DNA of 64,000 nucleotides from Fidelibacterota bacterium (GTDB lineage Bacteria; Fidelibacterota; UBA2242), in NCBI GenBank assembly GCA_018002295.1, contig JAGNGI010000004.1, positions 3,345 to 67,344 of the forward strand, given 5' to 3'. Made by a program: the position numbers and the translations under genes. The notes below the pieces were generated by a model. The model ran no database searches. It had not been told where the DNA came from and saw only the letters and a list, made by a program, of their open reading frames with translations. This document shows positions 20,666 through 31,900 of this stretch, piece after piece; the first letter of the stretch is position 1; the number at the start of each line of letters is the position of its first letter.

Positions 20666-20883
20666 TCTAAGTTCTAAAAATTTAAATAACAATATTCGAG
20701 CAATTCATAATTGATTTTTGAATATTCATTTACATTCCTTAATGCAATATTAATAATAAATAATCACTGACATACAAAATTGGCGATAGAAGTTTTGTTA
20801 TTAAAAATTTTTATTGGAATGATAAGTCAATATTTTATAGATTCAGTCATTGGACAGAGTCGATAAAAATAAAGGATGTTTAG

Positions 20884-22257
20884 ATGGAAGATAATAAACC
20901 GGTTCAGAACCCTTTACGTGAAATCGTTGATCCGTTTGTTAATTTGATTAAGGCGCCTCGCGCTTTATGGGGAATTAATTTATCGTATTTGCTGGAGGGA
21001 ATCACCTATTTTGGTATTCTCAGTCTTTTAGCAATGTATTTCAATGATCTCGGACTGAACGATATACAGGCTGGACAAATGGTCGGGATTCAAACTGCCG
21101 GGATAACATTGGCAATGTTATTTTTAGGAGCGACGGTAGATTGGATCGGAGTGCGGAAGGCTTTATTGATTTCACTTTCAACGATGTTGGTTGGGCGTGT
21201 GCTTCTAACATTAGCACCTCAAACCGGTGCTCCCGGACTTTGGCAAAAAGCTCATATTGTTGCTATGTTGGGAATATTGGGAGTAATCTTAGGTTATGGC
21301 ATTTATCAGCCCGCCTGTTATGCCGCGGTCAAGCAATTCACTGACAAAAAAACTTCCGCTATGGGCTATGCGATGCTCTATGCAATTATGAATCTGGGGG
21401 GTTTCCTGCCAGGATTAATTTCGCCGCCAATCAGGAAAAATCATGGAATTGTCGGTGTATATTGGGTTTATGTAGCTTTAACGGTAGCTGGGATTTTAGT
21501 AGTTGCCTTCATTTTATCGAAGAAGACCGTCGAGATGGCGATTGCCAATGCTCGGGAAGGACAGGACGAACCGGTTTCTGAACCAGAAACGACTGAAACG
21601 CAATCAACCAAGGAAAAGATTGTTTATTACTTAAAAAATTTCCCCATTAAAGATGGCCGATTTATGTTTTTCATTTTCATTCTAATTCCGGTTCAGACTC
21701 TATTTGCTCATAATTGGCTGACTCTACCGATGTATTTCGAACGAGCTTTTTCGGGTGTGGTTTCCAACAATTTTGAATTCTTTGTCAATTTTAATCCTAT
21801 CCTGATTTTTATTCTGGCTCCAATGGTAGCGGCCTTAACCGCCCAAAAAGACACTTATAAAATGATGATTTTAGGCACTACTGTAATGGCTCTACCGACT
21901 TTTTTACTGGCAATTGGCCCAAATATCTACTCGGTGTTTGGCTATCTAATCATTATGACAATCGGAGAGGCTATCTGGCAACCGCGTTTTTTGCAGTGGG
22001 TAGCTGAAATCGCTCCTAAAAATATGACTGGCATTTATATGGGGATTGGACAGTTTCCCTGGTTTCTGACCAAAGTCATTACCTCGCTTTATTCTGGCTG
22101 GTTCCTGACGAAATATTGCCCAGCCGGAGTTACACCGGAACAAACTAATACTGAGACGATGTGGCTGATTTATGGCTTTATCGCAATCATTAGTCCGATT
22201 GCTTTATTAATAGCAAGGAAATGGATGGGTAAAGGACTCGAAAAACAAAAAGCCTAA
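20884..22257 (+). CDS. MFS-type transporter (12 TM), substrate unknown
   Basis: 457 aa, mostly hydrophobic, with a central hydrophilic loop (…GQDEPVSEPETTETQSTKEK…). AAGGA ribosome-binding site before the ATG. Confidence 0.55.
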   Translation: MEDNKPVQNPLREIVDPFVNLIKAPRALWGINLSYLLEGITYFGILSLLAMYFNDLGLNDIQAGQMVGIQTAGITLAMLFLGATVDWIGVRKALLISLSTMLVGRVLLTLAPQTGAPGLWQKAHIVAMLGILGVILGYGIYQPACYAAVKQFTDKKTSAMGYAMLYAIMNLGGFLPGLISPPIRKNHGIVGVYWVYVALTVAGILVVAFILSKKTVEMAIANAREGQDEPVSEPETTETQSTKEKIVYYLKNFPIKDGRFMFFIFILIPVQTLFAHNWLTLPMYFERAFSGVVSNNFEFFVNFNPILIFILAPMVAALTAQKDTYKMMILGTTVMALPTFLLAIGPNIYSVFGYLIIMTIGEAIWQPRFLQWVAEIAPKNMTGIYMGIGQFPWFLTKVITSLYSGWFLTKYCPAGVTPEQTNTETMWLIYGFIAIISPIALLIARKWMGKGLEKQKA

Positions 22258-22629
22258 ATGCCAATAAAACCCAAAATATTAATCGTTGATGATGAAGCGG
22301 TAATTCGTGAAATCTACGGGGATTTCTTGGAACAGAATGGATTTGAAGTGACGACAGCTTTAAATGTCGAAACGGCTTTGGAGTCTATAAAGGCTAAAAA
22401 GCCGGATTTAATTCTATTAGATATTGTGATGCCTTTTCGTAATGGCTTTGATCTTTACGACCAAGTAATAGTTGATTACCCTGATATTAAATTTGTCTTT
22501 ATGACCGGTTATGATGATGATATAAAGATTACTGACCGTTTAAGCAAATCTGGGAAGAAATGGTTTGCTAAACCAATTAAATTAGAAGAAATGTTAGAAG
22601 TAATTCGGAATGAGTTATCAGCTTTTTAA
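22258..22629 (+). CDS. stand-alone response-regulator receiver domain (CheY-like)
   Basis: ILIVDDEAVIREIY…KPDLILLDIVMPFRNGFDL…FMTGY…AKP receiver motifs. No output domain. Confidence 0.7.
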   Translation: MPIKPKILIVDDEAVIREIYGDFLEQNGFEVTTALNVETALESIKAKKPDLILLDIVMPFRNGFDLYDQVIVDYPDIKFVFMTGYDDDIKITDRLSKSGKKWFAKPIKLEEMLEVIRNELSAF

Positions 22630-23393
22630 ACTGATAGATTCCGGCGGATATGTTTTTTAAAATATTTTATCTTTATCGGTAAACAGTGCTCGTTTACTAA
22701 TTTCTGCACGATTTTGTAGTTATCCATAGTCCGAACGATAACTGTAGCCTCGAAATGAGACGTTGTATTTTTATGGCATTCTACCAGAGAATTCAAGCGA
22801 TCCAGAAAAGATTCTTCCATAATTGATTGAGTGGTCTCAAAATTAAAACAACGCAATTTTTCGGGTTTTTCGATTATCATGTCCGGAATATAACCTTTCC
22901 AATAGGGCGGGTGAGGGCTATAATTATCCAGTAATTTGGAATAGACTTTGTAACCACGTTTTGAATATACTCTAAGTAAATATGAGAGCAAGTTAAATTG
23001 ATCGTGTTTAAAACGAGTGGGAAGAAGCGAACGTCGTAGTGAATTGAGAACTCGAGCATAGAGAACATTGAGATCAAAAGGCTTGGTAACATAATCGTCA
23101 GCACCAGAGACTAGTCCATCGACTTGAAATTCGGTAGATGCTTTTGCGGTTAACATAATCACCGGAATAAAAGCCGTGATTGGATGAGTCTTTAAAGTTT
23201 TCAAAATAGAGAGGCCGTCTATATCCGGTAAATTAATATCAAGAATAATTAAATCGGGTTCTTTACTGATAGCTAGATCAAGTACTTGTGCTCCTTCTGT
23301 AGTCGCGTAAACTTCAAATCCACGAGCTGAAAAATAGGATGTGATCAATTCTATAATGTTAGGATCATCATCAACTGCTAAAATTTTTTTCAT
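22626..23393 (-). CDS. response regulator: receiver domain plus ~135-aa uncharacterised C-terminal domain
   Basis: N-terminal half is a receiver (ILAVDDDPNIIELI…DLIILDINLPDIDG…VIMLTAKAS…GADDYVTKP). The C-terminal half fits no known output domain. Stop codon overlaps the stop of the convergent 22258..22629 gene. Confidence 0.65.
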   Translation of the reverse strand: MKKILAVDDDPNIIELITSYFSARGFEVYATTEGAQVLDLAISKEPDLIILDINLPDIDGLSILKTLKTHPITAFIPVIMLTAKASTEFQVDGLVSGADDYVTKPFDLNVLYARVLNSLRRSLLPTRFKHDQFNLLSYLLRVYSKRGYKVYSKLLDNYSPHPPYWKGYIPDMIIEKPEKLRCFNFETTQSIMEESFLDRLNSLVECHKNTTSHFEATVIVRTMDNYKIVQKLVNEHCLPIKIKYFKKHIRRNLSV

Positions 23394-23744
23394 TACTCTA
23401 TAATTTCATTAAACAATCAATTATTATCAATAAAAAAAGTTAGATGAAAAAAGAAAATATATTTTTAAGAGGAATGAAAATCTGAGGAGTTATCTACGAA
23501 ATATTATAGATTAACCAAAAATTTATTGTAACCAGGTCTAAAATATTTTGTCTAATTAACTATATTTGCTATTTGAATATTGGCATAAAATTTGTAAATT
23601 AAGTTTCGTTATTTGACTTAATGATAATGTCCAAAAGAAGATAGATTTCCCCTCCCCCTCCCCGGATGTGCCGTAATATCCCTCAAAATCCCCCTCTTTT
23701 ACGTTCGGGGAGGGAAACCTCAAAATCACAGAAAAACCATAGAT

Positions 23745-23775
23745 AAGCCGCTTACAAGAGCGGCTTTTTTATTTT
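23745..23775 (+). terminator. intrinsic terminator (AAGCCGCT-tacaag-AGCGGCTT followed by a T-run)
   Basis: Perfect 8-bp GC-rich stem, 6-nt loop, then TTTTTTATTTT. No CDS lies upstream on this strand. Confidence 0.5.
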
Positions 23776-24129
23776 ATCAAAAATTCATTATTTATGATCA
23801 AAAATTGATAAATTTTTATAACCCTTCGTAACATCCTTATATCCATATTTTAGAAATAGATTAGGTTAACGCGTAATAGTTTTTTGTAATTCACAGGATT
23901 GTCGATCACATTTAAGCAAGCTTTAGACTATTCGTGTCAACACTCCCGCGTCGAGACTAGGTGGAGTTACTGATAATATTGTTCAACCGCGGCAGGGTTT
24001 GGTGTAGTCTTTAGTATTTTTAGACTCAGGATTGAATCCAGAGTTAAACAGGTTCAACTCCCGACGGAGGAGGAGGTTACTCAAGATTTGATTTGCTGGG
24101 GTCTTAGTATCACCTAATCCAATTTTGAC

Positions 24130-24161
24130 AGTGGGGGATTGGAATCTTCCCACTTTTTATT
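24130..24161 (+). terminator. intrinsic terminator (AGTGGG…CCCACT followed by TTTTTATT)
   Basis: 6-bp stem with a nested GATT/AATC mini-stem, followed by a T-run. About 55 nt upstream of the next promoter. Confidence 0.45.
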
Positions 24162-24216
24162 ACCAAAAGTGAATACCATATCTTTAGCTCAGACAAAATC
24201 AGTAAAAAAAAAACTA

Positions 24217-24245
24217 TTGACTTAAATATTTTAATACGCTATATT
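24217..24245 (+). promoter_or_regulatory. sigma70-type promoter candidate for the GH13 gene (TTGACT-17-TATATT), preceded by an A10 tract
   Basis: TTGACT at 24217-24222, 17-nt spacer, TATATT at 24240-24245. An A10 run lies immediately upstream. Confidence 0.45.
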
Positions 24246-24276
24246 CTTTTAGTAGTAACTCAGATTAGAACTACAA

Positions 24277-26124
24277 TTGAAAAACGCGACAGAAAATCAA
24301 GTCCCAAAAGGCAAATTTTCACTGGCAAGAGGATTGCTTGTCATCGGAATAGTAGCTGGGATTTGTTTGAGTGACAACCTCTCAGATAGAACATACTGGA
24401 CTTACGATGCTATCTGGTATCAAATATTCCCAGAGCGCTTTAGGAACGGTGATCCGACTAATGATCCAACGATTGAAACGCTAAAAGGCACCTGGCCATA
24501 TGAACCTCAAACGCAATGGAGCATTATGCCCTGGACTGCTGATTGGTATAAACTCCAGCCTTGGGAAAAATCCAACCAACGCGACTTTTACTATAATGCT
24601 CAATTGCGTCGTTATGGCGGTGATATCGAGGGAATAATTGATAAACTCGATTATCTTGTAGATTTAGGAATCAATGCAATTTATTTGAATCCAGTCTTTG
24701 AATCGGCTTCGTCGCATAAATACGGTGCTACAATGTATCATCATATTGATAATAATTTTGGGCCTGATCCGGCTGGTGATATAGCAATTTGGCAAACTGA
24801 AAATCCTAATGATCCTTTGACCTGGCAGTGGACTTCCGCTGATAAATTATTTCTGAAACTAATACAGGAGGTGCATACCCGTCAAATGAAAATAATCATT
24901 GATGGAGTATTCAATCATGTTGGCATACCTTTCTGGGCTTTTCAGGACGTCAAAAAAAATGGAGAAGCCAGTCCATACGCCGATTGGTTTGTGATAGAGT
25001 TCTTTGATGATCCGAGTACAATCGAAGATGAATTTGAATATCAAGGCTGGAATGGAATTCCGGATTTACCGGAGATCTGGGAAGACGAGAATGGTCCTGT
25101 ACAAGGATTTCGGGCGCATATAAAAGCCGTGGTTGAAAGATGGGGTGATCCAAATGGTGATGGCGATCCGTCGGACGGGATTGACGGCTGGCGATTGGAT
25201 GTGGCTGAGAAGGTCAGTAAAAATTTCTGGCGTGATTTTCGCAAATGGGTGAAAAGCATAAATCCCGAGGCATATTTAACTGGTGAAATATGGTGGGAAG
25301 ATTTTATGAATAATAAGATGTTCGATGCTTCACCATGGTTGCAGGGCGATATTTTTGACGGCGTGATGAATTATCGTTTCGGCGATGCTATGCTTAAAGC
25401 CTTTGTTGACAGAGAAATGAGGATAAAACCATCCGAGCTTGATCAATTATTAGGCGATATTAGAGAAAAATATCCGCTACCCGCTCAATATCAACTGCAA
25501 AATATAATTGGTAGTCACGATAATGAGCGTTTTGCCAGTATGTTATTAAATCCAGACCGCTGGATCGATCACGGTGGCAATCTGGTTTACAATAAAGATT
25601 TTAAGATAAACCGTCCTTCGGATGAGCTCCGACAAATCCAAAAGACAATTCTTGTTTTTCAATTTACTTATATCGGAGCACCTTATATTTATTATGGCGA
25701 TGAAGTGGGGATGTGGGGAGCAGATGATCCCGACAATCGAAAACCAATGGTTTGGGATGATATGCAATATGAACCGGAGACTACTCATCCATTTGGAATA
25801 AAGAGACCTGTAGATTCCGTTAAAGTTGATACAGATTTGTTCAATTTCTATAAATCTGTAATAAATCTCAGAAAAAATCATGAATGTCTAAGAAGAGGCA
25901 GGTATAAAACAATATTGACTGACGACAAAAGGGGGATTTTCGGATTTGAGCGTAAATATGATACTGAGACCATCTACATCTTTGCAAATTTGAATGATAA
26001 ACCTATCAAAATGAGCGAGATAAATTTTGATGTCACAAAATGCGAAAAGATTTTTACAGTTAATACCGATACAAATTATCTCGGGTCGAAAGGAATAGTA
26101 GTTTATAAAATTATTAAAGGGTAA
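24277..26124 (+). CDS. GH13 alpha-amylase-family enzyme (neopullulanase/cyclomaltodextrinase-like), exported
   Basis: GH13 regions I (IIDGVFNHVG), II (GWRLDVAEKV), III (GEIWWED) and IV (IGSHDNERF). N-terminal hydrophobic segment. TTG start. Confidence 0.8.
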   Translation: MKNATENQVPKGKFSLARGLLVIGIVAGICLSDNLSDRTYWTYDAIWYQIFPERFRNGDPTNDPTIETLKGTWPYEPQTQWSIMPWTADWYKLQPWEKSNQRDFYYNAQLRRYGGDIEGIIDKLDYLVDLGINAIYLNPVFESASSHKYGATMYHHIDNNFGPDPAGDIAIWQTENPNDPLTWQWTSADKLFLKLIQEVHTRQMKIIIDGVFNHVGIPFWAFQDVKKNGEASPYADWFVIEFFDDPSTIEDEFEYQGWNGIPDLPEIWEDENGPVQGFRAHIKAVVERWGDPNGDGDPSDGIDGWRLDVAEKVSKNFWRDFRKWVKSINPEAYLTGEIWWEDFMNNKMFDASPWLQGDIFDGVMNYRFGDAMLKAFVDREMRIKPSELDQLLGDIREKYPLPAQYQLQNIIGSHDNERFASMLLNPDRWIDHGGNLVYNKDFKINRPSDELRQIQKTILVFQFTYIGAPYIYYGDEVGMWGADDPDNRKPMVWDDMQYEPETTHPFGIKRPVDSVKVDTDLFNFYKSVINLRKNHECLRRGRYKTILTDDKRGIFGFERKYDTETIYIFANLNDKPIKMSEINFDVTKCEKIFTVNTDTNYLGSKGIVVYKIIKG

Positions 26125-26169
26125 TTGTCTTTGATAAAATCAATAAATCAAATTCAATTGAGGTAAAGG

Positions 26170-28968
26170 ATGAGATATAAGGATTGGTTAATAACAGTTG
26201 TTCTGATTTTAACTGCAGGGTATTTATTCGGAGGTAATACTGGTAAAATTACTGGTATAGTTACTGATAGTCAAACTGGTCTTCCTTTAATAGGTTGTAA
26301 CATAATGCTTGAGGATACTTATTTGGGTGCGGCATCCGATACAGATGGACGATATATGATTCTTAATGTACCGCCCGGCGAATATCGTTTAAAAGCTCAA
26401 ATGATTGGTTACCAGCCAAAAGTGATAACCGGCGTGATTGTATCAGCTGATTTGACAACTACTATCAATATTGGGCTTTCGACCCAGGTTTTAGAGGGTG
26501 AAGAAGTGATAGTTACTGCAGAGCGCAAAATGGTTGTCAAAGATATGACTGCGACTGCTTCCCATGTTAAAGCTGAAGAACTAGCCGCTTTACCAGTGAC
26601 TGAAGTTAGCGACGTTCTTGAAATGCAAGCCGGATATGTAGATGGGAGTTTACGGGGAGGCAGAAGAGGTGAAGTTGCCTATTTAATAGATGGTATTCCG
26701 GTAACCGATTCTTATGATCGTAGTGCGGTCATTGATGTCAATAAAAATATGATTCAGGAATTGCAGGTAATTTCCGGAGCGTTTAATGCAGAATACGGAA
26801 AGGTAATGTCAGGCATCGTCAATATCACTACCAAGCAAGGTAGCAACAAGCACGGTGCGTCGCTAGAAATGTATATTGGAGATTATCTTAGTACACATGA
26901 CGAAATCTTTGATAATATTGGGTCAATAAATCCTCTAAATATCCATAATGCTGAAATCAGTTTTTTTGGACCATTAATAAAGGATAAGTTATTTTACAAT
27001 TTCAATACGCGCTATATTTACTTTGGGGGTTGGCTTCAAGGTCAGAACCGTTATAAACCAACTAGTATATTAGCTGTGTCTCCCGATGGTTCGCATTTCT
27101 TGCTGGACTCAACTACTATGTTAGGAGATCAGAAGTGGGTCAATATGAACTGGAACGAAAAGTTGTATTTTCAAGGACAATTAATCTACCGGCTTTCTAA
27201 CCGAAGTAGTATTTATTATAATCTTTTTTACGATAATAAAGATTACCAGGATTATGATCGTATGTTCAAATATAATCCGGCGGGAATGTTAAAGAAAAAC
27301 CTAACCGCTGAAACGCATTTACTGAAGTTTCAGCGACAATTAAGTTCTAAAACCTTTTTCACTCTGGCTGGCTCATATTATTATCGTAAATATACCGGCA
27401 GATTGTCTGCCGATACCAGTTACAACGATAGCACCACCTATGTCCACCCGGCTTACCTTTATCAATATCCTTATCAATTTTATTTTGGTGGGACTCAAAA
27501 TGATCACGAATATCGTGACAGTAGAACATACCTTGCGAAATGGGATATGACTTCCCAGATAAATGGACAACATCAGATAAAGGGCGGTTTGGAATTTCAA
27601 CAGCATGATATTTCATTAAGAACATTTAATATTCGTCCAGCGACTGGTGAGACCTATATAGACTTTGCATCCGGATTGAATATACCATCTACCTGGAATC
27701 CATATATTCATCCGACGATTTTGGATAATAGTACGATTTATGCTAGCTATTACCGTCATAAACCTTATGAATTTGCCGGATATTTACAAGATAAAATGGA
27801 GTTTAGCGAGTTAATCATTAATATCGGGGTAAGATTTGATTATTTTGAACCGGATGGTGTTGTGCTTGCCGATCCCAGTGACCCTGAAATCTATGAGCCA
27901 ATTAAACCTGAAAATCGTTATCATGATCTTAACGGAAATGGTGTTCAGGATCCTGGCGAACCAGAAGTCACTTTGGAGGAACGGAGACAGTATTGGTATA
28001 AAAAAGCCAGCCCAAAATATCAATTTAGCCCTAGAATCGGATTGTCATTTCCAATTAGTGATCGCGGGGTATTTCATTTTTCTTATGGTCATTTTTTTCA
28101 AATTCCCAACTTTAATTATTTATATATGAATCCTGATTTTGATCTTGGTTCTGGAACCGGTAATCAAGGAGTAATTGGAAATGCGGATTTGAAGCCAGAA
28201 CAAACTATCGTGGGAGAAATCGGAGTTCAGCAACAATTAAGTGATAATTTTTCAGTTGACATTACTGCCTATCTGAAAGACATAAGAGACTTGACCGGAA
28301 CGAGAGCAGAAGAGATTATAGTTTATGGCGGAGCGGCCTCTTATAGCCGATTAGTTAATAGTGATTTTGGTGTAGTAAAAGGTATTACTATAGCACTTAA
28401 TCAGCAGAATCCGAGCGGTTTATATACCAGTTTTGATTATACGCTCCAAATTGCTAAAGGCACTGCATCAGATCCGGAAGCATACCGTAATGCGATTGCT
28501 GGTGGAAACCAACCAGAAATTCAACTTAATCCCTTAGATTGGGATCAACGCCATACAATTAATGGAACAGTGGGATATAATCACAAAAATTATGGAATAA
28601 ATTTTATCGGTCGCTGGGGAAGTGGTTTGCCCTATACTCCGCAATCAAGTGAAGATATTACATCACTTTTAACTAATGCTGGTACTAAACCACCTACCCT
28701 AACAATTGATGCTAAATCTTACTACCGATTCACCTTATCAGGAAGATATTCGGTTGAATTATTTATCAGAATTCAGAATTTATTTGATAAATTGAATGAA
28801 GTTAATGTTTATGACGAGACCGGTCGAGCTGGTTTTACGACCGATGAAGCCCGAGTAGAAGCTTTAAATATTAAAACTCCGATTAATTCGGTTCACGAGT
28901 GGTTTACCGACCCAACGTATTATTCCGAACCACGTCGAGTCGAAATAGGAATGAGGATAAGTATATGA
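26170..28968 (+). CDS. TonB-dependent outer-membrane receptor with N-terminal carboxypeptidase-regulatory-like domain (SusC-like architecture)
   Basis: Signal peptide, CarbopepD_reg-like N-terminus (ITGIVTDSQTGLPLIGCNIML…GEYRLKAQMIGY), plug region (VTAERK…LAALPVTEVSDVLEMQAGY…LRGGRRGEVAYLIDGIPV) and a long barrel. No SusD-like gene follows. Confidence 0.65.
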   Translation: MRYKDWLITVVLILTAGYLFGGNTGKITGIVTDSQTGLPLIGCNIMLEDTYLGAASDTDGRYMILNVPPGEYRLKAQMIGYQPKVITGVIVSADLTTTINIGLSTQVLEGEEVIVTAERKMVVKDMTATASHVKAEELAALPVTEVSDVLEMQAGYVDGSLRGGRRGEVAYLIDGIPVTDSYDRSAVIDVNKNMIQELQVISGAFNAEYGKVMSGIVNITTKQGSNKHGASLEMYIGDYLSTHDEIFDNIGSINPLNIHNAEISFFGPLIKDKLFYNFNTRYIYFGGWLQGQNRYKPTSILAVSPDGSHFLLDSTTMLGDQKWVNMNWNEKLYFQGQLIYRLSNRSSIYYNLFYDNKDYQDYDRMFKYNPAGMLKKNLTAETHLLKFQRQLSSKTFFTLAGSYYYRKYTGRLSADTSYNDSTTYVHPAYLYQYPYQFYFGGTQNDHEYRDSRTYLAKWDMTSQINGQHQIKGGLEFQQHDISLRTFNIRPATGETYIDFASGLNIPSTWNPYIHPTILDNSTIYASYYRHKPYEFAGYLQDKMEFSELIINIGVRFDYFEPDGVVLADPSDPEIYEPIKPENRYHDLNGNGVQDPGEPEVTLEERRQYWYKKASPKYQFSPRIGLSFPISDRGVFHFSYGHFFQIPNFNYLYMNPDFDLGSGTGNQGVIGNADLKPEQTIVGEIGVQQQLSDNFSVDITAYLKDIRDLTGTRAEEIIVYGGAASYSRLVNSDFGVVKGITIALNQQNPSGLYTSFDYTLQIAKGTASDPEAYRNAIAGGNQPEIQLNPLDWDQRHTINGTVGYNHKNYGINFIGRWGSGLPYTPQSSEDITSLLTNAGTKPPTLTIDAKSYYRFTLSGRYSVELFIRIQNLFDKLNEVNVYDETGRAGFTTDEARVEALNIKTPINSVHEWFTDPTYYSEPRRVEIGMRISI

Positions 28969-31900
28969 AACATTCGATAAAATATCTTACTATTGAGATT
29001 CTCTCAATTTTGTTAATGACGATTACAACGTCACAAATAATTTTAGCTAATCAAAGTGGGAAAGCTTACCGGCGTAGTTCCATCCATAACGGTAATCTGG
29101 TTCGGACAGTTTTCGGTAACTGGGGAGTCATTGGCCAACCAAGGGAAAAAGGTCCGCGTGGGGCATGGCTTTTTGATACCAATGGATATATCGGCGATGT
29201 CAGTCCAATGGTAGGCGCTGAAGTAAATTATCATTCTGAAGAACTTGACTCGACAATAACATTCCATAGCGTTGTAGTTTGTCCGGTAGATCGCCCGGCA
29301 ACTGCTCGCGAAGAATCGCCTACCGGTGATCAGTGGACTTTTGAGCCGGTTTCCGGTTATTTTAATGAGTCTTCTCAAGGAATAGCTATGAGTACTGATC
29401 AAAATTCGTGGCCTCCTTATTGGCCTGATAAAATGGATGATCCTGAGGATCCGGGTTGGCCAGAGCAATGGAATGGATTTTTTGGAAAAGGGGTAACCAA
29501 TGCTGATCAAGAAAGTTATTTTATTATGGATGATAATAATGATGTTGAATTCAACAGTGGTCACAATCTAAAGGGTGTCTATTTCAAACCTGATAATAGA
29601 GATGCGAATCGCAACGGACTCGGCTTGGAAGTGAAGGTTCGGGGAATGCAATGGGCTCAGTTTCTGGCACAGGATGTAATATTTTGGCTTTATGAAATTA
29701 CCAATACAAGCACTACGGATTATGATAAAGTGGTCTTCGGAATGATAGCTGGAACTTACAACGGAGTGACTGGTACAGATGATTCACCTCAGGAATATGA
29801 TGACGATTATTCTTTCTTTGATGTTGAACGGGATTTGACTTATACTGGTGATTACCCTAATAATAATAGTCGTAATCCTAAATGGCAGGGACCGGTTGGA
29901 CTGGTCGGATATGCTTTTCTGGAAAGTCCCGGTAATCCTTATGACGGCATTGATAATGACGGTGATAATAAACCTGAAGAACATCCTGGTAAAAATTTAA
30001 TTTTTACGGCACCCCTATTTACCGAATCAGATTTCGACTCAGTTGTATATAATAAAGGAGACCAGATAGTATTAATTGATAAAGATTATAAGCGTACTTT
30101 TCACACAATTACCAGTGATACAGAAACGGTTGTAACCAAAGGGATGCAAATCACAATCATTGCGGGACAAACAAAATTAGTAGAAGGAAATGTCCTGGCA
30201 AATGGTTCAATTAATCCAAATGTTTATGACGGCATTGATAATGATCTGGACGGATTAATTGACGAGAATTACCTGTTGCATTATAGACAACGCCGGGTGG
30301 ATCAAAACGGAGTAGTTTTATTTGACACCTTGAATCCGGTAGCCTATAAAGATTATCGAAGGGGATTGGGAATTGGTGATCCTTTGATTGACGAAGCCCG
30401 CAATGATGGACTTGATAATGACGGTGATTGGAATCCTGAAACAGATGATGTCGGTAATGATGGTAAACCAGGTACAAATGATTATGGAGAGAATGACGGC
30501 AAACCTACAGCAAATGAACCGAATTTCGATAAAACCGATGTTGATGAATCGGACCAAATCGGTTTAACTAGTTTTAATTATTTCGTTCCATCTAATGCTT
30601 ATCCAATGGCGGATGATGAATTGCTCTGGGAATGGTTAAAACCGGGATATTTTGATGTGCCGTCGAGTATTCAAAATGGCAAACCAGTTGCCGGGGAAGA
30701 TGGCGATTTCATTTATGGCTCGGGGTATTTTCCACTACGAGCCGGTGATACCCAGCGTTTTTCATTGGCTTTAGTATATGGTTATGATTTGACCGATCTA
30801 CTCAAGAATCGGGAAACGGTTCAGGATATTTACAACAGTGATTATCGTTTTCCCCAACCGCCGGATAAGCCGACGGTAACGGCGGTTGCCGGTGACGGCA
30901 AGGTAACCCTTTACTGGGATAGAAAGGCTGAAGAAAGTATCGATCCAGTAACTAAGGAGAAAGATTTCGAAGGTTATAAAATCTATAAAGCTACTGATCC
31001 TGATTTCAATGATGTATTTGTTATTACCGATGCCAATGGTGTGCTGACTGGTTACAAGCCACTAGCTCAATTTGATAAGGTCAATGGAATCAAAGGAATT
31101 TTCGAGGCGAGTTCGGATTTGTATCAAAGTGCTGGCGGTTATTCTTACTATTTAGGCTCTGACAATGGTTTAGTGCATTCCTACGTTGATGAAGATGTTC
31201 AGAACGGACGAATCTACTATTATGCGGTAGTCGCCTATGATCACGGTGACGCCAGTAATGATATTTTTCCATCGGAAAATACCAAGTTTATTTCGGTGCA
31301 GTCAGATGGGACGGTAATTACCGATATAAACACCGTTCAAGTTAGACCAACTGCGAAAGTTGCCGGTTATGATGAACAAAATAGTGAATTAGCCCTGAAA
31401 CACCTGGAAGGTCCGGCAACCGGCGTTATTCAGTATAAAATTATTGATGAAACACTATTAAATGGGCATACCTATAAAGTGAATTTCACCGATACACGAA
31501 CCGACGGAATTGATAATGATGGCGATTGGAATTATTTAACTTGCGATGTTGGCTCTGATGGCAAACCAGGTACAAATGATTATGGAGAAGGGGATGGCAT
31601 ACCTACGAGCGGTGAGCCGAATTTTGAATGGAATGATGAAGATGAATTTGCTCAAATTACATCCACTTACTCTGTTTTAGATAAAACAGGCGTCGAAGAA
31701 TTTATCAATCTTGACACTTCTTATGTTTGGCTTACCTATCAAAATATTCAATATGACGATATTTTAATTGCCAGTGAGTCAGATCCGAATAACTATTTAT
31801 CATTAAGTAAATTCGAAATAGATACCTTACGAGGAAAAATTAAAATAAAAGCGGGTAGTAACCTAAAAAGTGGTAGTTATCGTATATTTTATAAGTATTA

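Noticed and set aside
23880-24130. Attempted assignment of the structured spacer to SRP RNA, RNase P RNA or 6S RNA
   Set aside because: The universally conserved SRP helix-8 motif and RNase P CR-I/CR-V motifs are not recognisable by eye. Left as an unassigned candidate RNA.
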